From positions 667 through 64,666 of the forward strand of contig JBGVNV010000106.1 of the NCBI GenBank assembly GCA_045125955.1: a stretch of DNA of 64,000 bases. Direction: 5' to 3'. Under the pieces are notes generated by a model. It saw only the letters and a program-made list of their open reading frames with translations. It did not search any database and was not told the DNA's origin. The position numbers were made by a program, and so were the translations under genes. Positions 28,217 to 37,590 of this stretch are shown in pieces. Position 1 is the stretch's first letter, and every line of letters starts with the position of its first letter. This stretch comes from Faecousia sp. GTDB taxonomy: Bacteria > Bacillota > Clostridia > Oscillospirales > Oscillospiraceae.

Positions 28217-28837
28217 ATGCCCGAAATCATCGATCCGAAAACCACCACCCGTGCCATGGCCTATGAGCTGTGGATGAAGGCACCCAATCCAATGGTGACC
28301 TTTTTCAAGACCGTGGATGTGACGAATCTGGTCCGGGTGTCGAAAAAGCGGGGGCTGAAATTCAACATGCTCCTGGACTGGTGCATCGGCAAGGCGGCAT
28401 CCGGGGTGAAGGAGTTTTACATCCTCCCCGTGGGCCAGGACCTGATCCGGTACGACACCATCGCCGTCAATACCATTGTCAAGAACTGCACCGGCGAGGT
28501 CAGCTCCTGCGACATCCTCTTTTCCGAGGATCTGGAACAGTTCAACCGGGAATATCTGGAGCACACCACCCGCGTGGCCCAGAGCTGCGAGGATCGGGAC
28601 CTGTCGGAAAACAGCATGGTCATCGGCACCTCCGCCATCGTGGACACGGAGCTGGACGGAGCCGTTGGCATGAACAGCGGCATTTTCAACAACCCCTTTA
28701 TGATCTGGGGCCGCTACCGCAGGCGTTTCTTCCGGTTTACGCTCCCCATTTCCCTCCAGTTCCACCACACCCAGATGGACGGTGCCCACGCGGGCCGGTT
28801 CCTGGAAAATCTGCAGATGGAGATCAACAAACTGTAA
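28217..28837 (+). CDS. CatA-like (chloramphenicol acetyltransferase family) O-acetyltransferase
   Basis: The C-terminal catalytic motif LQFHHTQMDGAHAGRF matches the CAT HHxxxDG signature. AAAGGAGG lies upstream of ATG 28217. Confidence 0.8.
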   Translation: MPEIIDPKTTTRAMAYELWMKAPNPMVTFFKTVDVTNLVRVSKKRGLKFNMLLDWCIGKAASGVKEFYILPVGQDLIRYDTIAVNTIVKNCTGEVSSCDILFSEDLEQFNREYLEHTTRVAQSCEDRDLSENSMVIGTSAIVDTELDGAVGMNSGIFNNPFMIWGRYRRRFFRFTLPISLQFHHTQMDGAHAGRFLENLQMEINKL

Positions 28838-28912
28838 AATCGATACCGTGGAGCCTTCGGGCTTCACGGTATTTTTGCATTTCGGAGCCGTAAGCTGTAG
28901 GGGAGGGATGCT

Positions 28913-29059
28913 ATGAGCTATCGAATTCGTTATGGTAAGCCCAGGGGCCGCTGGCCCTGGTGGGTGTTGGGATTTGGTGTGTTGACGGTCTGCGGTGTGG
29001 CGCGGCAGTATGATGCCCTGGCGCGGTATGTGGGCGGGATGATCCTTGGGCCGCGTTAG
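28913..29059 (+). CDS. possible 48-aa single-TM peptide preceding the mini-M50 gene
   Basis: MSYRIRYGKPRGRWPWWVLGFGVLTVCGV... with GGGAGGG 6 nt upstream; below the ORF-track cutoff. Confidence 0.3.
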   Translation: MSYRIRYGKPRGRWPWWVLGFGVLTVCGVARQYDALARYVGGMILGPR

Positions 29060-29450
29060 AGTGGAAGGGGGAGCATGGATCGTGCTGGGGCTGGCGGTCT
29101 TGCTCCTGCCTTTGCGGGTATTGCTTGGAATCGTCCTGGCGGCGGCGGTCCATGAGCTTGGGCATCTTACAGCCATGTATTTTCTGGGTGTCCCGGTTCT
29201 GGGCATTGTTTTCCGCCCCAGCGGGGCGCGGATCGAGGCGGGGCCCATGGAGCCGGGAGTTGAAGTGATCTGCGCCCTGGGAGGTCCCGTGGCGGGGGCC
29301 GTGACCATTTTCGCCTGGAAATGGTTCCCGGAGCTGGCTGTGGCGGGGCTAGTACAGACGGTTTTCAACCTCATTCCCGTTTATCCCCTGGACGGCGGGC
29401 GGGTGGCAAGAAATATCTGTTGCAAAATGCGGGATTTGGGAGTACAATGA
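29046..29450 (+). CDS. minimal site-2 protease (M50) family protein
   Basis: HELGH in TM1 and NLIPVYPLDGGR in TM3. Start uncertain (GTG 29061 or 29082 are possible). Confidence 0.7.
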   Translation: MGRVRVEGGAWIVLGLAVLLLPLRVLLGIVLAAAVHELGHLTAMYFLGVPVLGIVFRPSGARIEAGPMEPGVEVICALGGPVAGAVTIFAWKWFPELAVAGLVQTVFNLIPVYPLDGGRVARNICCKMRDLGVQ

Positions 29451-29481
29451 TATGGTTAAGAACTATAAATGAGGTATCACT

Positions 29482-31317
29482 ATGACCGATTTGTTACATC
29501 GAATCCTGCCCGGTGTGCAGAAGCCTGCCCGCTACACCGGCGGCGAATTCAATGAAATTCAAAAGGACCCGGCTTCCGTCCGGGTGAATGTGGCCTTCTG
29601 TTTCCCGGATACCTATGAGATCGGCATGTCCAATGTGGGCATGCGCATCCTCTACGGCGTGATGAACGAGATGGAGGGCGTCTGGTGCCAGCGGGTGTTC
29701 CACCCCTGGGGCGATCTGGAAGCCAAAATGCGCGAGCACGGTCTGCCCCTGTGGGCCCTGGAGAGCCAAAGGGCAGTGAAGGATTTCGACATGATCGCCT
29801 TCACCATCGGCTACGAGATGGCCTACACCAGCATCGTCAACATGCTGGACTTGGCGGGGGTTCCCATCTACGCCAAGGACCGCGTTGGGTTGGAGCAGAT
29901 GGTCTTCGCCGGTGGTGTCTGCACCTGCAATCCGGAGCCCCTGGCTCCCTTCTTCGACTTCTTCTCCCTGGGCGAGGGCGAGGAGTCTACCGTGGAAATC
30001 GTGTCCCTGTACGATAAGGCGAAGGCCGAGGGCTGGACCAGGGAGCAGTTCCTGCTGGAGGTCTCCAAAATCGAGGGCGTGTATGTTCCCAGCTTTTACG
30101 AGCATATTTACAATGAGGACGGCACCCTGAAGGAGATCATCGCCCGGGAGGGCCAGCCGGAGGTCCACACCAAGCGCATCGTCGAGGATCTGGACAAGGC
30201 CTACTATCCCACCAAGATGATCGTGCCCTCCACGGAGATCGTCCACGACCGGACCAACATCGAGCTCTTCCGTGGCTGTATTCGCGGCTGCCGCTTCTGC
30301 CAGGCGGGCTACGCCTGCCGACCCGTCCGCCGCAAGAGTGCCGCCGTTGCCTGCCGGCAGGCCATCGAATCTCTGGAAGATTCCGGTGCCAATGAGATCA
30401 CCCTGTCCAGCCTCTCCACCTCCGATTACCGGGGGCTCAAGGAGCTGACCGACGAGCTGATCCCCTACTGCGAAAGAACCCATGTGAGCCTGTCCGTGCC
30501 TTCTCTCCGCGCCGACAATTTCAGCCGGGAGCTGATGCAGCGGCTCCAGACCGGCAAGAAGTCCGGCCTGACCTTCGCCCCCGAGGCGGGTTCCCAGCGG
30601 CTCCGGGATGTCATCAACAAGAATCTGACCGAGGAAGAGATCCTGACCACCTGTGAGAATGCCTTCTCCGGCGGCTGGAGCAATGTCAAGCTCTATTTCA
30701 TGCTGGGCCTGCCCACGGAGACCGACGAGGACGTGCTGGCCATTGCGGATCTCGTTTACAAAATCATCCTCAAGTGGAAGGAGTGCGGCACCGCCAAGAA
30801 GCGGGGTCTGCGCATCCATGTGGCCACGGCCTTCTTCGTGCCCAAGCCCCACACCCCCTTCCAGTGGGAGCAGCAGATCACCATGGCCGAGTACCTGCGC
30901 CGGTGCAAGCTCCTGAAGAGCCATTTCTACTCCAAGTCCATCGACTACAACTACCATACCCCGGAGATCAGCCGCCTGGAGTCCGTCATGGCTCGCGGCG
31001 ACCGCCGGATCGCCCCTGTCATCGCGGAAGCTGCCCGCAATGGTGCCAAGCTGGACGGCTGGGACGAGTATTTCAAGCACGAGGCCTGGATCAACGCATT
31101 CGAGAAGTGCGGCGTGGACCCGGAGTTCTACACCACCCGTGGCTTCGGTGAGGACGAGCTCCTGGCATGGGACCACATCAATGTGGGCCTGACCAAGAAG
31201 TTCCTCCTGCGGGAGCGGCACACCGCCTACGAGTCCAGGGTCACCCCCGACTGCCGCCACGGCTGCGCCGGATGCGGTGCCAACTGCCTGCTGAAGGAGG
31301 TCAAGTGCGATGCCTAA
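29482..31317 (+). CDS. TIGR03960-type B12-binding-domain radical SAM protein
   Basis: CIRGCRFCQAGY (CxxxCxxC) and the characteristic N-terminus LPGVQKPARYTGGEFN. Confidence 0.85.
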   Translation: MTDLLHRILPGVQKPARYTGGEFNEIQKDPASVRVNVAFCFPDTYEIGMSNVGMRILYGVMNEMEGVWCQRVFHPWGDLEAKMREHGLPLWALESQRAVKDFDMIAFTIGYEMAYTSIVNMLDLAGVPIYAKDRVGLEQMVFAGGVCTCNPEPLAPFFDFFSLGEGEESTVEIVSLYDKAKAEGWTREQFLLEVSKIEGVYVPSFYEHIYNEDGTLKEIIAREGQPEVHTKRIVEDLDKAYYPTKMIVPSTEIVHDRTNIELFRGCIRGCRFCQAGYACRPVRRKSAAVACRQAIESLEDSGANEITLSSLSTSDYRGLKELTDELIPYCERTHVSLSVPSLRADNFSRELMQRLQTGKKSGLTFAPEAGSQRLRDVINKNLTEEEILTTCENAFSGGWSNVKLYFMLGLPTETDEDVLAIADLVYKIILKWKECGTAKKRGLRIHVATAFFVPKPHTPFQWEQQITMAEYLRRCKLLKSHFYSKSIDYNYHTPEISRLESVMARGDRRIAPVIAEAARNGAKLDGWDEYFKHEAWINAFEKCGVDPEFYTTRGFGEDELLAWDHINVGLTKKFLLRERHTAYESRVTPDCRHGCAGCGANCLLKEVKCDA

Positions 31318-31975
31318 GAGATTGCTGTTTCAGAAGCAGGGAGTTGCCATCTACATTTCCCATCTGGACCTGATGCGCGTGTTCCAGCGGGCCTTCAAGC
31401 GGGCCGGACTGAACCTGAAGCATACCCAGGGCTTTTCTCCCAGGGCCATGGTCTCCATCGCTCTGCCCCTGAGCCTGGGCTCCGGGAGCCTGTGCGAGAT
31501 CCTGGACTTTGAGCTGGTGGGGCAGGAGGAGCTTTCCTGTGAGCAGATCAGGGAGAAGCTCAACAGAGCCCTGCCCGACGGTGTTCGGGTGCGCGAGTGC
31601 TACGAAAGCGACCGTAAGATCAAGCATCTGACCCATCTGGATGTGGCGATTTTTCTGGAATATGATGCCGGTATTCCCGCAGGAGCCGCAGAAGCCATTG
31701 AGACGCTGCTGAACCGGGAGAGTCTGATCGTCACCAAGCGGGGCAAGAACGGCCCCACGGAGCAGGACATCATCCCCATGATGTTTGGGCTGCAGATGGT
31801 GCGGGATAATGACTGGATGCTTCGGATCAATGTCCGGATCTGCGCTCAGAATCCCAGCCTGAATCCCCAACTTATCATCACTGCCATTGAAAACGAGCTG
31901 AGCGAATATAAACCCGATTTTTCGTTCTATCACCGTCTGGAGACCATTGCCGACGACGGAACCATTTTCCGATAA
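31310..31975 (+). CDS. TIGR03936/DUF2344 radical-SAM-associated protein
   Basis: ISHLDLMRVFQRAFKRAGL... Overlaps the radical SAM gene by 8 nt. Confidence 0.8.
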   Translation: MPKRLLFQKQGVAIYISHLDLMRVFQRAFKRAGLNLKHTQGFSPRAMVSIALPLSLGSGSLCEILDFELVGQEELSCEQIREKLNRALPDGVRVRECYESDRKIKHLTHLDVAIFLEYDAGIPAGAAEAIETLLNRESLIVTKRGKNGPTEQDIIPMMFGLQMVRDNDWMLRINVRICAQNPSLNPQLIITAIENELSEYKPDFSFYHRLETIADDGTIFR

Positions 31976-31992
31976 GAAAAGGAGTTTTTACC

Positions 31993-32220
31993 ATGGATAA
32001 CAACATCACTTACTACGAGCTGGAAGACTGCCCCCACTGCCGCGGCGTGGGCCAGCTGATGCACGAGGGCGGCTGGAACTGCTATGTTGAGTGCCTGGAC
32101 TGCGGCGCACAGACCACCTTCGTCGACTATGACGATGCAGGCGGTAAGGAAGAGGCCGAGAAGACCGTCGTCCGCCTGTGGAACATGGGCAAGGTCATCC
32201 GCATCGAGCGGGGTGAGTAA
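31993..32220 (+). CDS. Lar-like zinc-ribbon protein
   Basis: CPHC...CLDCG zinc ribbon and a C-terminal RLWNMG, resembling Lar-family restriction alleviation proteins. Confidence 0.6.
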   Translation: MDNNITYYELEDCPHCRGVGQLMHEGGWNCYVECLDCGAQTTFVDYDDAGGKEEAEKTVVRLWNMGKVIRIERGE

Positions 32221-32221
32221 G

Positions 32222-33667
32222 ATGGAGGCCCTTCGTCTGGCGGGCCTGGAGCCCGCATCCGTCTTCGGCTATTTCGAGAAGCTGTGCACCATGCCCCACG
32301 GCTCCGGAAACACCAGGATCATCTCCGATTATCTGGTTTCCTTTGCCAAAGAGCAGAATATCCCCTATATCCAGGACGAGCTGAACAACGTCATCCTCTT
32401 CGGACCTGCCTCCGAGGGCTATGAGGACCACGAGCCCGTTATCATCCAGGGCCACATGGACATGGTCTGCGAGAAGGACCCTGAGTGCCCCATCAATTTC
32501 GAGACTGACGGTCTGGACATTACCCATGACGGCAATTATGTCTTCGCCAAGGGCACCACCCTGGGCGGCGACGACGGCATCGCCGTGGCCTACGCCCTGG
32601 CACTGCTTGCCGACAAGTCCATTCCCCATCCCGCACTGGAAGTGGTCATCACCGTGGACGAGGAGACCGGCATGTACGGTGCCGCTGGCATCGATCTGTC
32701 ACAGCTGCGCGGCAAGAAGCTGCTGAACATCGACTCCGAGGAGGAGGGTGTCTTCACTGTTTCCTGTGCCGGTGGTGCCCGGGCCAATGTGATTCTGCCC
32801 GTCTCCCGTCATGCGGTCTACGGCCCCTGCGTCAAGCTGGTGGTGGACGGTCTCGCCGGCGGTCACTCCGGCGTGGAGATCGACAAGGGCCGCGCCAATG
32901 CCAATAAGATCATGGGCGAGTTCCTGGACGGCGTGACCAAGCTGTTCCCCGTGTGCCTGACGGGCCTGGAGGGCGGCAGCAAGGACAACGCCATCCCCAG
33001 AAGCTGCACCGCCACCCTGGTGGCCATGGGCATGGAGATCGAGCGCATCAACGGCGTTGCCGAGGCCCTGCAGGCCAAGGTCCGCGCCGAGTACAACGAG
33101 CCCGATGCTCTCATTTATGCGGACAATGTGGATGCCCTGGGCGGCAATGCCCTGTCCACCAAGGATTCCGACAAGGTCATCGGCCTGCTCTGCGGCGCAC
33201 CCAACGGCATCCAGGCCATGTGCGCCGACATGCCCGGTCTGGTGCAGACCAGCCTGAACATGGGCGTTGCCAAGCTGGACAAGGAGCAGTTCGACATGAC
33301 CTTCTCCGTCCGCTCCAGCGTCAACGGCGAGAAGCTGGAGCTGCTGGACCGGCTGGAAAAGCTGGCCGGTATGTACGAGGCCAAGTATGAGTCCCGGGGC
33401 CACTATCCCGCCTGGGAGTACAAGGCTGACTCTGTCCTGCGGGATGTGATGGTGGACGAGTACAAGAAGATGTTCGATGCAGACCCCGCCGTGGTGTCCA
33501 TCCACGCGGGATTGGAGTGCGGTCTGCTGGGTGAAAAGATCCAGGGCCTGGACGCTGTTTCCATCGGCCCGGAGATGCACGACATCCACACCAGCCGCGA
33601 ACGCCTGGGTATCGCTTCCACCGCCAGAATGTGGGAGTTTATCAAGGCCGTGCTGAAGGCACTGTAA
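32222..33667 (+). CDS. pepD: aminoacyl-histidine dipeptidase (PepD, M20C)
   Basis: FEKLCTMPHGSGN, IIQGHMDMV and GTTLGGDDG. Confidence 0.9.
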   Translation: MEALRLAGLEPASVFGYFEKLCTMPHGSGNTRIISDYLVSFAKEQNIPYIQDELNNVILFGPASEGYEDHEPVIIQGHMDMVCEKDPECPINFETDGLDITHDGNYVFAKGTTLGGDDGIAVAYALALLADKSIPHPALEVVITVDEETGMYGAAGIDLSQLRGKKLLNIDSEEEGVFTVSCAGGARANVILPVSRHAVYGPCVKLVVDGLAGGHSGVEIDKGRANANKIMGEFLDGVTKLFPVCLTGLEGGSKDNAIPRSCTATLVAMGMEIERINGVAEALQAKVRAEYNEPDALIYADNVDALGGNALSTKDSDKVIGLLCGAPNGIQAMCADMPGLVQTSLNMGVAKLDKEQFDMTFSVRSSVNGEKLELLDRLEKLAGMYEAKYESRGHYPAWEYKADSVLRDVMVDEYKKMFDADPAVVSIHAGLECGLLGEKIQGLDAVSIGPEMHDIHTSRERLGIASTARMWEFIKAVLKAL

Positions 33668-33674
33668 ATGTTGA

Positions 33675-33704
33675 ATTGGGCATGCTCGCGCATGCCCAAT
33701 TTTT
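33675..33704 (+). terminator. intrinsic terminator after pepD
   Basis: attgggcatgc-tcgc-gcatgcccaat followed by TTTT. Confidence 0.65.
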
Positions 33705-33721
33705 GCAGAAAGGGGAATATC

Positions 33722-34615
33722 ATGAGCGTTCAGAAGGACTTTACAGATGCAGTTGTAAGAGAAGAGTGCACTCGACATCATATTAATTCAGGTTATCAGG
33801 TAAATAACGGAAATTATTATGACTCCTATATGGAAAATAAAGCATGGGAAAATTACCTTGCTGCAATGAATCCAGTCCATAAACAAAGATACATGGAAGG
33901 CGATGGCGGAGAGTTGAAGGAAAAAGGAAAGCAGCCGCCCAAAATGGCATCGCTGATTTCCTCCAGCAGGATGATTTATTTACTTTCCAAAGATATTCCT
34001 TATTCTGGTTCTACGGAGTTCTATTTTGAGCAGAAGCGGGACACTGTCGTTGGTCATGATGCGAATTTGGATGGATTTTACTACAACGGGGACAAGTATT
34101 TCTATGTAGAAGCGAAATGCCGTGAACCTTATGGCCATAGCCTGGTGCAGCACATCAGTTCTAATTATTCTGATGTATATTGCATGCTTCGAGAAAAAAT
34201 GAGAAGCGTCTTCAATTGTGTGATGGAGGATTTGAAGGACGGATACATGAATGTGATTTTCCTGAGCCGAGGAAAACCGGTAAAGTATTTTGATATTAAG
34301 CAGATGATTTGCCATCTTCTTGGAATTGCCGCGTATCATTTGCGCGCAGAGGAAGACCCCAAGCCGATTACCTTTTTGTATCTGCTATATGATCCTCGGA
34401 AACTTGTATTTCCTGAGAAAACATCTGCAGAGATACTGAGGATTTATGAGAAGACCTGTCAGGCGGCGTTGGGTTATCGCTTTGAGGAGATGTTTGGGTA
34501 TATTATTGATTATCTGGTCGATGTAAAGAATCTTCCCGGCAAGCACAGGGAGACACTCAAGCGTGTATTCACTTTTGAACTGTGCAGTCAATATGACTAT
34601 CACAGTAAATTCTGA
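33722..34615 (+). CDS. low-GC orphan gene; putative PD-(D/E)XK-type nuclease
   Basis: NLDGFYYNGDKYFYVEAKCRE gives a D...ExK arrangement, preceded by PPKMASLISSSRM. The function call is tentative; the CDS call is solid. Confidence 0.6.
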   Translation: MSVQKDFTDAVVREECTRHHINSGYQVNNGNYYDSYMENKAWENYLAAMNPVHKQRYMEGDGGELKEKGKQPPKMASLISSSRMIYLLSKDIPYSGSTEFYFEQKRDTVVGHDANLDGFYYNGDKYFYVEAKCREPYGHSLVQHISSNYSDVYCMLREKMRSVFNCVMEDLKDGYMNVIFLSRGKPVKYFDIKQMICHLLGIAAYHLRAEEDPKPITFLYLLYDPRKLVFPEKTSAEILRIYEKTCQAALGYRFEEMFGYIIDYLVDVKNLPGKHRETLKRVFTFELCSQYDYHSKF

Positions 34616-34620
34616 TTATA

Positions 34621-34656
34621 AAAAGTCCGCAATCCAAAGATGGTTGCGGACTTTTT
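34621..34656. terminator. bidirectional terminator
   Basis: aaaagtccgcaa-N11-ttgcggacttttt. Confidence 0.65.
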
Positions 34657-34670
34657 GTGCCAAAAACCTG

Positions 34671-36185
34671 TCAACTATTGGTTGCATCTGCTGTTTTGGG
34701 CTGTTTTCTGGTCTGGAAAATGAGGTTGTGAAGCCAGCGGATATCGCCTTTTCCCAGAACGCCCAGGTAGAAGCTCAGGCCGAAGAACAGCCCCCAAAAT
34801 GCGGCGGCGCGCCGGATGGGGCCGGTGAAGCAGGAGCCGCCGAAGATGGAGAATCCCGCGCAGGCTACCATCAGCAGGGCGGAGGACCAGCTCAGCCGTA
34901 CGCCACCGATGGATAGCACCTTGCGCAGTCCCAGCAGAAAATTCACCGCGTGGGTCAGGGCGAAGCTCAGAAAATAGCCGTCCATGCCGAGTTTCGGGAG
35001 GAGGAAGAACAGGAGCCCCACATCGAGCACATTGGAAATGATGCTGTACCGGGCGCAGGCGGCCTGCTGGCCCAGGCCCTTTGTCATGGCGTCGGAGATC
35101 AGGTCGCAGTAGAGCATGGGCACCAGAAGCGCGAACCGACGTAGGGTGGGCGCAATGTCCTCGCCGGGATAAAACCGGGCGCAGATGGCATCTGAAAGCA
35201 GAAACAGCAGTCCGCCGCTGCACAGGCCGTAGACCAGAGCTGCCCGGAGATTCCGCCGGATGAGGTAGCGGATCCGTGTTCTGCTTCCTACGGCCCTGCA
35301 CCGGGCCAGCTCCGGGATCAGCACCTCGGCAAGGGAGCTGAGGATGGCGGCAGGGAGCATCATCACGGGGAAGACCATGCCGCTGACCCGCCCGAAGGCC
35401 GCCAGCGGGTCCCCCGCGCCGCTGAACAGGGCCAGCCGACGGGGGACCATGAGGTTTTCCAGGGCGGAGATGCCCGCCTTCAGGTCGTCGGCGACGGCCA
35501 GGGGAATGGCGCATTTCAGGATGGGCCCTGCCGTTGGGATGCGGCTTTCGCCGTTCGTTCCCCGGCGGGCATAGAGGACCATCAGACAGCTTAAGGTGAG
35601 TACGGACCCCAGGCAGGTCCCCAGCACCACGGCCCGGCAGGCTCCCGCCCGGTCCTTCACCTGCGTGAGTACCGCCGCTGTCACGAGAATCGAGAAGACC
35701 TGCTCCGCCACCTCCACCGCCGCCAGAGCTCCGATCCGCTTCGCCGCCGTGAAATAGCCCGTCATCACCCCCGTCAGGCAGACCACCGGCAGAAACGCCG
35801 CCCAGGTCCGCAGGGCCGGGAGGGCATCGCCGCTTCCGATCCAGCCGTTGGCCAGAGCGGGGGAGAGAAAGTATAAACAGAAGCTGACCGCCCCGGCGGT
35901 AAAGATGCAGTAGAGGAAGCATCCGTGGAGCAGCCGGTCCGCATCGGCGGGGCGTTTCCTGCCCATGGCCTCGGCGGTCAGGTACATGGCGGTGGTCCGC
36001 CCACCCGCCGCACCCAGGGTCAGTGCCAGCATATTCACCGATAAAATCAGCTGTAACAGGCCGATGCCCGCCGCGCCGATGCGCCCGCTGAGCCAGACCT
36101 GGAACGCCGTACCGCCAAAGCGAAGCATGAGATTTACGGCAGTCAGCATCAATGCCCCGCCCAGGAGCGTATTTTTCCTTATCAT
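34671..36185 (-). CDS. MOP-superfamily flippase (SpoVB/MurJ/polysaccharide-biosynthesis type)
   Basis: About 14 TM helices. Start at MIRKNTLLGG, after GGGAGGG. Confidence 0.8.
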   Translation of the reverse strand: MIRKNTLLGGALMLTAVNLMLRFGGTAFQVWLSGRIGAAGIGLLQLILSVNMLALTLGAAGGRTTAMYLTAEAMGRKRPADADRLLHGCFLYCIFTAGAVSFCLYFLSPALANGWIGSGDALPALRTWAAFLPVVCLTGVMTGYFTAAKRIGALAAVEVAEQVFSILVTAAVLTQVKDRAGACRAVVLGTCLGSVLTLSCLMVLYARRGTNGESRIPTAGPILKCAIPLAVADDLKAGISALENLMVPRRLALFSGAGDPLAAFGRVSGMVFPVMMLPAAILSSLAEVLIPELARCRAVGSRTRIRYLIRRNLRAALVYGLCSGGLLFLLSDAICARFYPGEDIAPTLRRFALLVPMLYCDLISDAMTKGLGQQAACARYSIISNVLDVGLLFFLLPKLGMDGYFLSFALTHAVNFLLGLRKVLSIGGVRLSWSSALLMVACAGFSIFGGSCFTGPIRRAAAFWGLFFGLSFYLGVLGKGDIRWLHNLIFQTRKQPKTADATNS

Positions 36186-36371
36186 AGCCATCCCTCCCAG
36201 GACAAGTGTATGCAAGACCATCCAAGATAAGCAGTTGTTCACCATGCACAAACAACAGATGGAAGCGAAGGAATAACTATATAAAATGCTGAATTCCCTC
36301 TTGCAAATTGCCGGGATTGTGTTACTATAAAAGTGTCAAAACCCCAAGAAAATATGGAAAGGAGCATCATT

Positions 36372-37487
36372 ATGCGTATCGGTTGTCCCAAAGAGATCAA
36401 GGCTCAGGAGTGCCGCGTGGGTCTGACCCCCGCCGGTGTGGACGCGCTGGTCCGTGCCGGTCATGCGGTCTATATGGAGGATAACGCCGGTCTTGCCAGC
36501 GGCTTCCCCAACGAGGAGTACATCGCCCAGGGCGCGCAGATCCTGCCCACTGCCAAGGAAGTTTATGAAATCGCGGATATGATCGTCAAGGTCAAGGAGC
36601 CTCTGGAGCCCGAGTATGAGCTGCTCCACGAGGGTCAGATCCTGTTCACCTATCTGCATCTGGCTCCCGATCCCGAGCAGACCCAGGCTCTGCTGCGGCA
36701 GAAGGTCACCGGCATCGCCTACGAGACGGTCCAGCTTGCGGACCGGAGCCTGCCCCTGCTGAGCCCCATGTCCGAGGTGGCCGGCCGTCTGTCCATCCAG
36801 GTGGGCGCGCGGATGCTGGAGAGCAACTGCGGTGGCCGTGGCATCCTGCTTGGTGGCGTCACCGGTGTCGAGCGGGCCAATGTGGTCATCGTCGGCGGCG
36901 GCAATGTGGGTACCAACGCGGCGAAGATGGCCGTGGGCCTGGGTGCCAATGTCACCGTCATCGATCTGAACGCCAAGCGGCTGGCCTATCTGGACGACAT
37001 CTTCGGCGGCCGGATCCAGACCCTGCTTTCCAATTCCTATAACATCGCCCGTGCGGTGAAGAACGCGGACCTGGTGGTGGGCTGTGTGCTGATCCCCGGT
37101 GCCAAGGCTCCCAAGCTGGTCACCGAGGAGATGGTCAAGACCATGAAGCCCGGCTCCGTGCTGGTGGACGTGGCCATCGACCAGGGCGGCTCCATTGCGA
37201 CCATCGACCGAATCACCACCCACGCCGATCCCTACTTCGTCAAGCACGGCGTCATCCACTATTCCGTGGCGAATATGCCCGGTGCCGTGCCCCGGACCTC
37301 CACCCTGGCTCTGACCGGCGCGACTCTGCCCTACGCACTGAAGATCGCAAACCTCGGTGCCGAGGAGGCCTGCCGCCGGGATCCCGCCCTGATGAAGGGC
37401 CTGAACACCTACCAGGGCCACGTGACCTACAAGGCCGTCGCAGACGACCAGGGGCTGGAGTACGTGGACCCCACCACGCTGTTCTGA
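36372..37487 (+). CDS. ald: alanine dehydrogenase
   Basis: [17 protein letters not shown] and [14 protein letters not shown]. Confidence 0.9.
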   Translation: MRIGCPKEIKAQECRVGLTPAGVDALVRAGHAVYMEDNAGLASGFPNEEYIAQGAQILPTAKEVYEIADMIVKVKEPLEPEYELLHEGQILFTYLHLAPDPEQTQALLRQKVTGIAYETVQLADRSLPLLSPMSEVAGRLSIQVGARMLESNCGGRGILLGGVTGVERANVVIVGGGNVGTNAAKMAVGLGANVTVIDLNAKRLAYLDDIFGGRIQTLLSNSYNIARAVKNADLVVGCVLIPGAKAPKLVTEEMVKTMKPGSVLVDVAIDQGGSIATIDRITTHADPYFVKHGVIHYSVANMPGAVPRTSTLALTGATLPYALKIANLGAEEACRRDPALMKGLNTYQGHVTYKAVADDQGLEYVDPTTLF

Positions 37488-37500
37488 TTTATGAAAATTT

Positions 37501-37528
37501 GACCGCCCCGGCAATCGCCGGGGCGGTC
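37501..37528 (+). terminator. 12-bp GC hairpin after ald (weak T tail)
   Basis: gaccgccccggc-aatc-gccggggcggtc. Confidence 0.5.
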
Positions 37529-37590
37529 CTTGTGTTTGTGGGTGAAGTGTGGTATATTGATATGGAAAGACAAACTTGAGTTTGTAGGAG

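Noticed and set aside
27911-29450. An integrative element or prophage remnant inserted at tRNA-Pro.
   Set aside because: There is no integrase, recombinase or excisionase gene, no duplicated tRNA 3' end (attR) within the window, and the downstream genes have native composition.
34675-36255. Second 526-aa minus-strand ORF in an alternative frame of the flippase gene.
   Set aside because: Its translation is Arg/Pro/Gly-rich with no hydrophobic helices. The 34671..36185 frame gives a canonical ~14-TM MOP flippase.
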